A stretch of 64,000 bases of DNA from Flavobacteriaceae bacterium (GCA_049615925.1 JBMZGM010000005.1:5183-69182); one strand, 5' to 3'. Counted from the stretch's first letter, positions 30,487 to 37,745 are shown. The notes: a model not told the origin generated them from the sequence alone. Made by a program: numbers and translations.

Positions 30487-32418
30487 ATGCAAATGGAACC
30501 TACATTGTCACCTGAAGAAAATCAAGACAAACTTGAGCCAACAGGGGAAGATCAAATCACCACCAATGCCCAAGAAAAGGGGGATGAAGATCTTTCTAAA
30601 GAAGAGAACACCCCAGTATCAACAGAAACTTCTCCCACTAAAAATCTTGACATTGCAGTCGATCAACTCGCCCTAGAAGAGTTTCCTGCGGCGCTAGAAA
30701 AAGTGCTGAAAAATGATCAATGGATGCGTTTAGGCAATATAGTCCGTGATCTTCAGCAAAGTTTTGACTCCCAGTTTTTAGTCATTTTACAAGAAAAGAA
30801 AGCCGAATTCATTGCCGAAGGCGGAAATGAAATTGACTTTTATTTTGCCCCAGACTATAAAAAGCACTTTAGTGGTTTATTAAAAGAATACAAGCAAAAA
30901 AAGGCGAAGTACTTTAAAGAAATAGAAACGACGCAAAAAGCCAACCTCAACAGAAAGCGAGAAATCATTGAAGAGATTAAGCTTTTAGTCGATCAAAGCG
31001 ATCACAACAATGGCACCTATCGCCAGTTTAAAAACCTGCAGGAAGCCTTCCACAATACAGGTTTAGTTCCAAGGAATGAAGTCAATAATATTTGGCAAAC
31101 CTATAAATTTCATGTTGAACGCTTTTATGACTTTTTACACCTCAACCGCGATTTACGCGAAGCCGACTTCAAACACAATTATGAAGAAAAGTTGAAAATC
31201 ATTGAGCGTGCAGAAGCGCTTGCTCAAAATGCAGATGTCATCGCTTCTATACGTGAGCTCAATACCCTACATCGTTTATGGAAAAATGATCTAGGACCCG
31301 TAGCACGAGAACACCGCGAGGAATTGTGGAGTCGATTTCAAGCGGCCACTAAGGCAATTCACCAACTAAAGAATGAATACAATAAAAATATTGACAGTAT
31401 TCAAAGTGAAAATCTTGCCAAAAAAGATGGTATTCTTAAACAAATAGCAGAGTTAATCGCAACCGCTCCCTCCAATCACAATGCATGGCAAAACGCCATC
31501 AAAAAGGTCAACACCCTAAAAGAGGAGTTTCATGCGATTGGACGCGTACCCAAAGCCGAAAACAAGCGTTTATGGAACAGCTTCAGGGAATTGAGTCGGG
31601 AATTTAATCAAGCGAAGAACCTCTTTTACAAAGAACAAAAAAGTCAAGAAAAACAATACATTGAGGCCAAAAAAGCCTTAATCGAGGAAGTAGCCACAAT
31701 TTTAGATGATCCCAATTGGCGCGATCATGTTAGCCGAATGAAATCGGTTCAAACCGATTGGAAAAAAACAGGCCGCATCTCCAGAAGACTTTCGAATAAA
31801 TTATGGGAAGAGTTTAAAGCCTTGACCAATCTTTATTTTGATCGCCTCAAAAATAAAACTGAAGCCCTGAGTGCGGCAGATCAAGCAGCGCTTGCAGCCC
31901 AAAATAATTTTGTGGAAAGCCTGCTCAAAACCGAAGCACCTACTACCCCAAAAAAACTAGAACGCTTTATCGACGAACAAGTTGAACAGTGGCTCAACCT
32001 AAACCCCGCCCCCAATGCGCCTGCACAAAAGAAATTACTACACCACCTGGTCAACCTTTGGGAGGCGACTTCCCTCTCGCAAAAAGAGAAGGCAAGCCAA
32101 AAGTTTACGACCCAATTAGCACTCATAAAACAGGACATCGATGCCCTTAACAGGGAACACGCCCTTCAAAAGAAAAAAATCGATGAAATCAATAACGAAT
32201 TGATCCAATTAGAGAACAACCTTCAGTTTTTTAGCAGTAGTAGTGAAGAAAATCCCGTTGTGATTGAAGTAAATGCTAAAATCAAAAAACTCTCCCAACA
32301 AAAAGAAGCATTGGAAGAAAAAAGCAATGCCATTAAATCCTTAAAACGAGCCCTTAAAAAACAAGAAGAAGCCGGTGCAGCTGAAAACGCTGAAGGTGAA
32401 GAAGTACTGGAAGATTAA
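30487..32418 (+). CDS. DUF349 domain repeat protein
   Basis: 643-aa highly charged helical ORF. It has at least 4 recurring W..F/Y-type units (NNIWQTYKFHVERF, EELWSRFQAATKA, KRLWNSFRELSREF, NKLWEEFKALTNLY) typical of DUF349 repeats. Confidence 0.8.
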   Translation: MQMEPTLSPEENQDKLEPTGEDQITTNAQEKGDEDLSKEENTPVSTETSPTKNLDIAVDQLALEEFPAALEKVLKNDQWMRLGNIVRDLQQSFDSQFLVILQEKKAEFIAEGGNEIDFYFAPDYKKHFSGLLKEYKQKKAKYFKEIETTQKANLNRKREIIEEIKLLVDQSDHNNGTYRQFKNLQEAFHNTGLVPRNEVNNIWQTYKFHVERFYDFLHLNRDLREADFKHNYEEKLKIIERAEALAQNADVIASIRELNTLHRLWKNDLGPVAREHREELWSRFQAATKAIHQLKNEYNKNIDSIQSENLAKKDGILKQIAELIATAPSNHNAWQNAIKKVNTLKEEFHAIGRVPKAENKRLWNSFRELSREFNQAKNLFYKEQKSQEKQYIEAKKALIEEVATILDDPNWRDHVSRMKSVQTDWKKTGRISRRLSNKLWEEFKALTNLYFDRLKNKTEALSAADQAALAAQNNFVESLLKTEAPTTPKKLERFIDEQVEQWLNLNPAPNAPAQKKLLHHLVNLWEATSLSQKEKASQKFTTQLALIKQDIDALNREHALQKKKIDEINNELIQLENNLQFFSSSSEENPVVIEVNAKIKKLSQQKEALEEKSNAIKSLKRALKKQEEAGAAENAEGEEVLED

Positions 32419-32680
32419 TTATTGCAGCTTTGTCTTTAAATACCCAAAGCGGAAGAATCGATACTTTTTTATTACGTGGAACAAAATCCTCCTAGGTTAA
32501 AACTCAACATGAGAAACGGCAAGTAAGGATATTTGACTTAAATGCTCCATTTACTCTTTTACCCCTTTGGCATTAAAACCTAATTTCTCTGCGTCTTCAA
32601 CCAATTCCAATTGGTTTGTGCATGAAAAGGAAATTTTGGAGTTTAAAGTAGTTCCAAAAAAACCCAAAATGGAATAATCT

Positions 32681-33301
32681 TTAAGCGATAAATTTAACTA
32701 GTAACAAAAAACTAGTTGGAATAAGATTAACGAAAAAATGGAACCATAGAGAATAGTTAAATCCACATTTCAATCTTAAAACTGATGAAACTAGGGCAAT
32801 TGAAATTTGAGGTGAAATCAGAACTGGAAAAAATAAATATTGTTTAGTATCCTCAAATTGAATATTTGATAAATGAACTAATCCAAAAATGAGTACAGAA
32901 CCATATACCATAATTAAAAGGTTATTCTGTATCAGATTTTTTAATTTTTTTTCAAAATTGTTTTTTGATAAAAATTGATAAACAGCAATAATTACCATTG
33001 ATACAATAATCAGTTTGTAAATTAAAAAGATTGAAATTTTATAAAAACCAGAATTGGATGCAATAGAAATAATGTAATAGCATATACCTCCCAGAGATAT
33101 AGAAATATTTAATCTCGAATACCTTAAAAATAGTCGAAAACTTATTTCTTCCAATAAAGGGCCAGCAAATAGGACGGTAATTAATATATAATATCAACTA
33201 TTTTTTAAAATAAACGCAAACACTTTATGTGGTGGCAATCCATAATTTGACCTTATATAACTAATTATAAACCATGTGATTATCATCATCAAACAATACA
33301 T
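32681..33301 (-). pseudogene. CPBP (CAAX protease/bacteriocin-processing, Abi) family intramembrane glutamic protease, interrupted by an in-frame TGA
   Basis: The track ORF 32681..33154 starts (TTG) exactly at CPBP motif 1 (EEISFR). Motif 2 (FGLVH) and motif 3 (HFFVN) are also present. The same frame continues upstream (YYILITVLFAGPL), crosses a single TGA at 33194-33196, and reaches ATG 33301 (MYCLMMIITWFIISYIRSNYGLPPHKVFAFILKNS), which supplies the missing N-terminal TM helices. Confidence 0.6.
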
Positions 33302-33408
33302 GAGAAATGAAACATAAAAAAAATTTCTTTTCTCAACATTAGATGATAGTATGGATCCATCTTCCTTCCCTAAAAAAAATCAAAAAATAAGACTACATGT
33401 TTTTTCAT

Positions 33409-33437
33409 AAAAAAAGTCCAGTCTTTTAATACTGGAC
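33409..33437 (-). terminator. rho-independent terminator (minus strand)
   Basis: On the minus strand: GTCCAGT-attaaaag-ACTGGAC followed by T7. It lies 72 nt downstream of the 41-aa ORF and immediately upstream of the CPBP region. Confidence 0.65.
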
Positions 33438-33508
33438 ATTTACCTTAAGTTTTCTGTATCAACTATTGTAGTTTTCATTTCTAATCATTTTTTATTGCGC
33501 TTCGAAAA

Positions 33509-33634
33509 TCAACTAAATCCAGTCAAAAGACCTACTTTGAAATGATCCCAATCACTTACTATCGCTCTTGTGATTAAAAAGGCAATTAATAAAAATATTA
33601 ACGTGCTTGTTTTTATAGATTTATTTCGTTCCAT
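33509..33634 (-). CDS. hypothetical 41-aa single-pass membrane peptide
   Basis: Hand-translated, below the track cutoff: MERNKSIKTSTLIFLLIAFLITRAIVSDWDHFKVGLLTGFS. Its ATG shares 1 nt with the TAA of the upstream peptide gene (TAATG), suggesting translational coupling. Confidence 0.4.
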   Translation of the reverse strand: MERNKSIKTSTLIFLLIAFLITRAIVSDWDHFKVGLLTGFS

Positions 33635-33810
33635 TAATGATTTGTTTCATGAATACTATAATTAGCAATAGCGTCGATTACACCTTTAAAACTTGTATTC
33701 TTTCCAGATAAACTTGAACCAATAAGCCATCCAACATCAAAAGCAAAACAGCCGCTAGAAACACTCATTAATTCGTTTTTAGATAATTCTTTGAAATTTT
33801 TATTCTCAAT
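33634..33810 (-). CDS. candidate double-glycine-type leader peptide (class II bacteriocin-like precursor)
   Basis: Hand-translated: (I)ENKNFKELSKNELMSVSSG|CFAFDVGWLIGSSLSGKNTSFKGVIDAIANYSIHETNH. The leader fits F-x-x-L-S-x-x-E-L-x-x-V-x-(S)G, and the core has GxxxG-like motifs. The only ATG (33768) lies inside the leader. The codon where Met would be expected is ATT (33810). The frame is open from 33834. Confidence 0.4.
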   Translation of the reverse strand: MENKNFKELSKNELMSVSSGCFAFDVGWLIGSSLSGKNTSFKGVIDAIANYSIHETNH

Positions 33811-33815
33811 AGTTA

Positions 33816-33986
33816 CTAATTGACCCTTCTTAAACTACGAATCATTAATGCTATTCCAATTAATATCAATAATAGATTCATGCCATTTTCATCAAGACTA
33901 AGAGGGGCATTAAAATTTAAATTCAAAAAACTTAATACCAGTATCAATAATGAAAGAATAAATAATAAATTTTTTGACTTTAACAT
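33816..33986 (-). CDS. hypothetical 56-aa membrane peptide with two hydrophobic segments
   Basis: Hand-translated, below the track cutoff: MLKSKNLLFILSLLILVLSFLNLNFNAPLSLDENGMNLLLILIGIALMIRSLRRVN. Its stop lies 5 nt before the ATT codon of the leader peptide ORF. Confidence 0.4.
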   Translation of the reverse strand: MLKSKNLLFILSLLILVLSFLNLNFNAPLSLDENGMNLLLILIGIALMIRSLRRVN

Positions 33987-34032
33987 TTATACAATTAATT
34001 AGATTAAGGCGACTATATCCTGTTGTTTAAAG

Positions 34033-34359
34033 CTAAAGTAAACGCCTATCCTGCAATTCCCTTGCCGTTTGCACTTTTTTTAGTTGCCCGCCAATAATCC
34101 TAGTCATTTCATCGTCCATTAAAACCCGTACCTCAAGATGGACACTCAATTCAAAGGGATCACAATAGCGGTAGGTTTTTCGTTTACGGTCATAGCATAG
34201 TTCTGCTCCCCAATCTTTTAATATCCCAAGGTCATAGCGTAGGGTGCGCTGGCTAATCCCTAATAGCTGTGCGATCTCGGTAGCCGTACCCGTTTGCTCA
34301 GCTTTAAGGCAAAGATGTAAACGCTCAAGGCGTTGAAAATGTTTAAGGGAATAGGTCAT
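34033..34359 (-). CDS. small HTH (HTH_11/YafY-N-terminal-like) transcriptional regulator
   Basis: From ATG 34359: MTYSLKHFQRLERLHLCLKAEQTGTATEIAQLLGISQRTLRYDLGILKDWGAELCYDRKRKTYRY.. This is a winged-HTH pattern followed by the YDR.rk.Y.Y element seen after HTH_11 domains. Confidence 0.65.
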   Translation of the reverse strand: MTYSLKHFQRLERLHLCLKAEQTGTATEIAQLLGISQRTLRYDLGILKDWGAELCYDRKRKTYRYCDPFELSVHLEVRVLMDDEMTRIIGGQLKKVQTARELQDRRLL

Positions 34360-34582
34360 TTTGAATAGAATTGGATTGATTTGGGTTAATCCAGTCAATA
34401 ACATCATCATACAGTAGTTGAAAGAGACTGCGATGGGCTTGATAAAACAAGGCCGTTAAAGTCAAGCCTTTTGTAAGACTTCCTTTTATCCCGCTGAGTA
34501 AATTTGAATGAGGTTGTAAACGAAAATGATGCAGCTCCACCGTCTGGTCAAGGAACTCCTTAGGAAAGAGTTGATTTTTCAT
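34343..34582 (-). CDS. hypothetical protein (79 aa)
   Basis: Track ORF overlapping the HTH gene start by 17 nt. I recognise no family. It is preceded by a perfect inverted repeat. Confidence 0.4.
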   Translation of the reverse strand: MKNQLFPKEFLDQTVELHHFRLQPHSNLLSGIKGSLTKGLTLTALFYQAHRSLFQLLYDDVIDWINPNQSNSIQNDLFP

Positions 34583-34602
34583 GTTAAGATTTTGGTCTTA
34601 AC
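34583..34602. promoter_or_regulatory. perfect 7-bp inverted repeat (GTTAAGA-N6-TCTTAAC) abutting the start codon of the 79-aa ORF
   Basis: Read directly from the sequence at 34583-34589 and 34596-34602. It sits 18 nt downstream of the mazG stop and directly 5' of ATG 34582 on the minus strand. It could be an operator or an mRNA hairpin. No T-run follows it. Confidence 0.3.
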
Positions 34603-34620
34603 AAGATATAAAAAATAAAA

Positions 34621-35400
34621 TTATTGCTGCTTTGCCTCTTCCCAGTAAACGTTCATTTCATCTAGGGTCATCTCATGCAAGGACTTGCCGAGGGCTTTGG
34701 CCTTTGCCTCTAAATACCCAAAGCGTTGAGTAAATTTCTGGTTGGTACGCTCTAGGGCAGTATCGGGGTTGATCTTTAAAAAACGGGCATAATTGATCAT
34801 GGAAAAAAGCACATCGCCAAACTCGGCTTCAATGGCTTCTTTGTTTCCACTTTTGATTTCCTCGTTCAGTTCACTGAGTTCCTCTTGTACCTTTTCCCAT
34901 ACCTGTTCGGGTTGTTCCCAGTCAAAGCCCACACCAGCAACCTTATCTTGAATGCGCTGTGCTTTTACAAGCGCGGGTAAGCCCTTTGGGACACCTTCTA
35001 GAACAGTTTTCTTTCCTTTGCCTTCTTTTAACTTTAAAGCCTCCCAGTTTTGTTTGACCTCTTCTTCGCTCTCCACCTTTACATCCCCATAAATGTGCGG
35101 GTGGCGATAGATTAGTTTTTCAGAAATTCCATGGGCAATATCGGCCATATCAAAGGCCTTTTCTTCGCTCCCCAGGCGAGCATAAAAGGCGATGTGTAAA
35201 AGTAAATCCCCTAGCTCATTTTTAATTTCATCGAGATTGCGCGCTAGAATAGCATCCCCCAGTTCATAGGTCTCTTCAATGGTGAGATGTCGCAGGGACT
35301 CAAAGGTTTGCTTTTTATCCCATGGGCATTGCTCGCGCAACTCATCCATAATGGTGAGCAGGCGATCAAGGGCAGCTAATTGATCCTTTCGGCTATTCAT
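34621..35400 (-). CDS. mazG: nucleoside triphosphate pyrophosphohydrolase MazG
   Basis: From ATG 35400 (MNSRKDQLAALDRLLTIMDELREQCPWDKKQT..). It has tandem MazG EExGE-type motifs (EETYELGDA, ELGDLLL, EFGDVLF). The track's longer 331-aa form overlaps the upstream gene. Confidence 0.9.
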   Translation of the reverse strand: MNSRKDQLAALDRLLTIMDELREQCPWDKKQTFESLRHLTIEETYELGDAILARNLDEIKNELGDLLLHIAFYARLGSEEKAFDMADIAHGISEKLIYRHPHIYGDVKVESEEEVKQNWEALKLKEGKGKKTVLEGVPKGLPALVKAQRIQDKVAGVGFDWEQPEQVWEKVQEELSELNEEIKSGNKEAIEAEFGDVLFSMINYARFLKINPDTALERTNQKFTQRFGYLEAKAKALGKSLHEMTLDEMNVYWEEAKQQ

Positions 35401-35824
35401 CCTCTTGAGTGACTTCTTCTTCTGCTGGACTTTCTTGTGTAAATATCTCGGGAGCTTTCTCGACGAGGATATTGTACCACTGAATGATTTTTTTGATGTC
35501 TGAGGGATAGACTCTTTCTTCGTCATAATCTTGAAAGACGTCAAAGAAAAAGGCTTCAAGCTCTTCGGCAGGGGCTTTCGCTTTAACCGAGCAGCTTTTC
35601 CCATCTTCTTTGGCATAGATCATTTTAAAAACCTCTAATAATGGGACTTCCTTTTCTAAGCCATAGATGTTTATTTCAGATAAAAGACTTACTTGATTTC
35701 GCACCGATGCATTGATGCGCTTGCCATCAACAAGGGAGGTTGCAACCACCCCTGTTCTGGTTTGAATGGCGACTTCATATAGTCCTGGTCTTCCTCCGAT
35801 GGAAATAATTTTATCGAGTTGCAT
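35393..35824 (-). CDS. DUF5606 domain protein
   Basis: 143-aa ORF (MQLDKIISIGGRPGLYEV..SLLSEINIY..IKKIIQWYNIL) matching my recollection of the DUF5606 family that commonly neighbours def in Flavobacteriia. Confidence 0.75.
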   Translation of the reverse strand: MQLDKIISIGGRPGLYEVAIQTRTGVVATSLVDGKRINASVRNQVSLLSEINIYGLEKEVPLLEVFKMIYAKEDGKSCSVKAKAPAEELEAFFFDVFQDYDEERVYPSDIKKIIQWYNILVEKAPEIFTQESPAEEEVTQEDE

Positions 35825-35826
35825 AC

Positions 35827-36417
35827 TTATCGTTTTTTGGATTGTAAAGGAAATTTCATCTTGTAATCTACATTAATTTTTCCTTTGCTAATGTTCGTTA
35901 ATTTTCCTTTGATTAGTCTTTTCTTAAGGGGAGAAAGTTTATCTGTAAACAATACTCCTTCAATATGATCGTATTCATGTTGAATCACACGAGCGGCTAG
36001 TCCGCTATAGGTTTCGGTAAGGGTTTCTCCTGCTTCATTTTGATAGGTGATGGTCAAGCGTTCTTTTCGTTTGACATCTTCTCGAACGTCAGGAATCGAC
36101 AAACAACCCTCGTTAAAGGCCCATTCATCTCCGTCTTCCTCTTCGATAACAGCATTAATAAAAGCCTTTTTAAAGCCTTTCAACACGGCTTGTTCCTCTG
36201 GTGAAAGCTCATCATCCTCGGCAAAGGGAGTAGCATCTATGACAAACAATCGCAACCCTAAGCCCACTTGTGGTGCTGCTAAGCCCACTCCACTAGCGGC
36301 GTACATGGTTTCCCACATATTGGCAATTAATTGATCGAGTTCTTTATAGTCTGAAGGGACGTCTATTGCCTTCTTCTTTAATACGGGAGTGCCGTAAGCA
36401 ACTATGGGTAAAATCAT
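35827..36417 (-). CDS. def: peptide deformylase
   Basis: 196-aa ORF with the three PDF motifs: GVGLAAPQVG, EGCLS, HEYDHIEG. Confidence 0.95.
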   Translation of the reverse strand: MILPIVAYGTPVLKKKAIDVPSDYKELDQLIANMWETMYAASGVGLAAPQVGLGLRLFVIDATPFAEDDELSPEEQAVLKGFKKAFINAVIEEEDGDEWAFNEGCLSIPDVREDVKRKERLTITYQNEAGETLTETYSGLAARVIQHEYDHIEGVLFTDKLSPLKKRLIKGKLTNISKGKINVDYKMKFPLQSKKR

Positions 36418-36419
36418 CT

Positions 36420-36848
36420 CTACTTTTTCTTTGAATGCAAAGATGCATCTAAATAGGATTGTAACAAAAGAGTTGCGCTAATCTTATCGATCAAACCCTT
36501 ATTTTTTCTTCCTTGTTTCTTAACACCACCGTCGATCATAGACTGGAACGCCATTTTTGAAGTGAAACGCTCGTCATAACGTGTAATGACTAAACTGGGA
36601 AGTTGCTTTGTCAATTGCTGGATGAACTGTTGTATTTTTGGTTCTACCAGAGAAGGTGAATTATCGAGCTGTTTGGGTTGCCCTATAACGCAACAGTCAA
36701 CTTGCTGTTCTTGGCAGTACTGTTTTAAAAAGGGAATCACCTCTTTGGTGGGTAAGGTCGTTAATCCTGAGGCAATGATTTGCAGGGGATCGGTGGCAGC
36801 GATACCTGTTCTTTTTTCACCGTAATCTATTGCGAGGATGACACCCAT
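36420..36848 (-). CDS. ruvX: Holliday junction resolvase-like protein RuvX (YqgF)
   Basis: N-terminus ILAIDYGEKRTGIA and ..YDERFTS.. motifs. The start is at ATG 36848 or 36854. Confidence 0.9.
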   Translation of the reverse strand: MGVILAIDYGEKRTGIAATDPLQIIASGLTTLPTKEVIPFLKQYCQEQQVDCCVIGQPKQLDNSPSLVEPKIQQFIQQLTKQLPSLVITRYDERFTSKMAFQSMIDGGVKKQGRKNKGLIDKISATLLLQSYLDASLHSKKK

Positions 36849-36935
36849 ACACAAATATACGTTTTGCCCTTGTCTTCGATTGAATTCTTGCGGGAAAAGT
36901 GCCTAAGAAGCCCTAAATTTGTGCTTCAAAATTTT

Positions 36936-37745
36936 ATGATGAGAGAAGCAATAGAAGCAGCGTGGGAAGATCGTTCCCTTTTAGAGCAAGAAAGCACACA
37001 AGCCATCATTCGTCAAGTGATTGAACAACTCGACCTTGGGAAATTACGCGTGGCAGAACCAACCGAAAAAGGCTGGCAGGTCAATGAATGGGTCAAAAAA
37101 GCCGTTGTGCTTTATTTCCCAATTCAAAAAATGGAAACCCTAGAGGCGGGCCCCATGGAGTTCCACGATAAAATGCCTTTAAAGAAAGGCTATGCCGAAA
37201 AAGGAATTCGTGTAGTACCTCATGCCGTTGCACGTCAAGGAGCTTATATTTCTTCGGGGGTAATTCTCATGCCTTCTTATGTCAATATAGGTGCCTATGT
37301 CGATGAAGGAACCATGGTCGATACCTGGGCCACTGTAGGAAGTTGTGCACAGATTGGTAAAAATGTACACCTCAGCGGTGGAGTAGGTATTGGAGGAGTC
37401 CTTGAACCCTTACAAGCTGCGCCTGTAATCATTGAAGACAATGCTTTTGTAGGATCACGTTGTATTGTTGTAGAAGGGGTACATGTTGAAACCGAGGCGG
37501 TTCTAGGAGCAAATGTTGTTTTAACTGCTTCTACAAAAATCATTGATGTTACAGGAGATGAACCAGTAGAATATAAAGGTCGTGTTCCAGCGCGTTCTGT
37601 CGTCATTCCTGGTAGCTACACAAAAACATTCCCCGCAGGTGACTATCAAGTCCCCTGTGCCCTCATCATTGGGAAAAGAAAAGAGAGCACCAACAAGAAA
37701 ACGTCCTTGAACGATGCTTTAAGAGAACACAACGTAGCGGTTTAA
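36936..37745 (+). CDS. dapD: 2,3,4,5-tetrahydropyridine-2,6-dicarboxylate N-succinyltransferase
   Basis: From ATG 36936 (MMREAIEAAWEDRS..). It has hexapeptide-repeat left-handed beta-helix segments (GAYVDEGTMVDTWATVGSCAQIGKNVHLSGGVGIGGVLEP). The track's 5' extension overlaps ruvX on the opposite strand. Confidence 0.92.
   Translation: MMREAIEAAWEDRSLLEQESTQAIIRQVIEQLDLGKLRVAEPTEKGWQVNEWVKKAVVLYFPIQKMETLEAGPMEFHDKMPLKKGYAEKGIRVVPHAVARQGAYISSGVILMPSYVNIGAYVDEGTMVDTWATVGSCAQIGKNVHLSGGVGIGGVLEPLQAAPVIIEDNAFVGSRCIVVEGVHVETEAVLGANVVLTASTKIIDVTGDEPVEYKGRVPARSVVIPGSYTKTFPAGDYQVPCALIIGKRKESTNKKTSLNDALREHNVAV

Noticed and set aside
32419-32480. Imperfect hairpin GCTTTG-N12-CAAAGC after the DUF349 gene stop as a terminator
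   Set aside because: The stem is only 6 bp, the loop is 12 nt, and no T-run immediately follows. This is too weak to call.
32551-32667. Minus-strand open frame ..LGFFGTTLNSKISFSCTNQLELVEDAEKLGFNAKGVKE* just downstream of the CPBP gene
   Set aside because: It looks like the C-terminal tail of a soluble protein and may be a gene remnant. However, it has no ATG (only a TTG at 32667), it runs into the CPBP gene in another frame, and I recognise no family. The evidence is insufficient to call a gene.
33194-33196. The in-frame TGA in the CPBP gene as selenocysteine or an alternative genetic code (TGA = Trp/Gly)
   Set aside because: TGA clearly functions as a stop elsewhere in this window, for example the nrnA stop at 11635-11637 and the ATGA junctions at 39754 and 40782. 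I saw no SECIS-like hairpin after it. A pseudogene or a sequencing error is more parsimonious.
33820-34002. 60-aa plus-strand ORF listed in the track inside the AT-rich islet
   Set aside because: It starts at TTG. Its sequence is low-complexity and Asn/Ile/Lys-rich, as expected from translating AT-rich DNA. It is fully antisense to the better-structured 56-aa minus-strand ORF and to the peptide leader region.
35401-35616. 5' extensions of track ORFs (mazG to 35616, ndk to 10578, dapD from 36780, pyrG to 56256, hsp20 to 48884, lysA from 50299, aminotransferase from 25058)
   Set aside because: The extensions overlap neighbouring genes or use TTG/GTG starts, and they add basic low-complexity residues. 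An internal ATG reproduces the canonical N-terminus of each family in every case.
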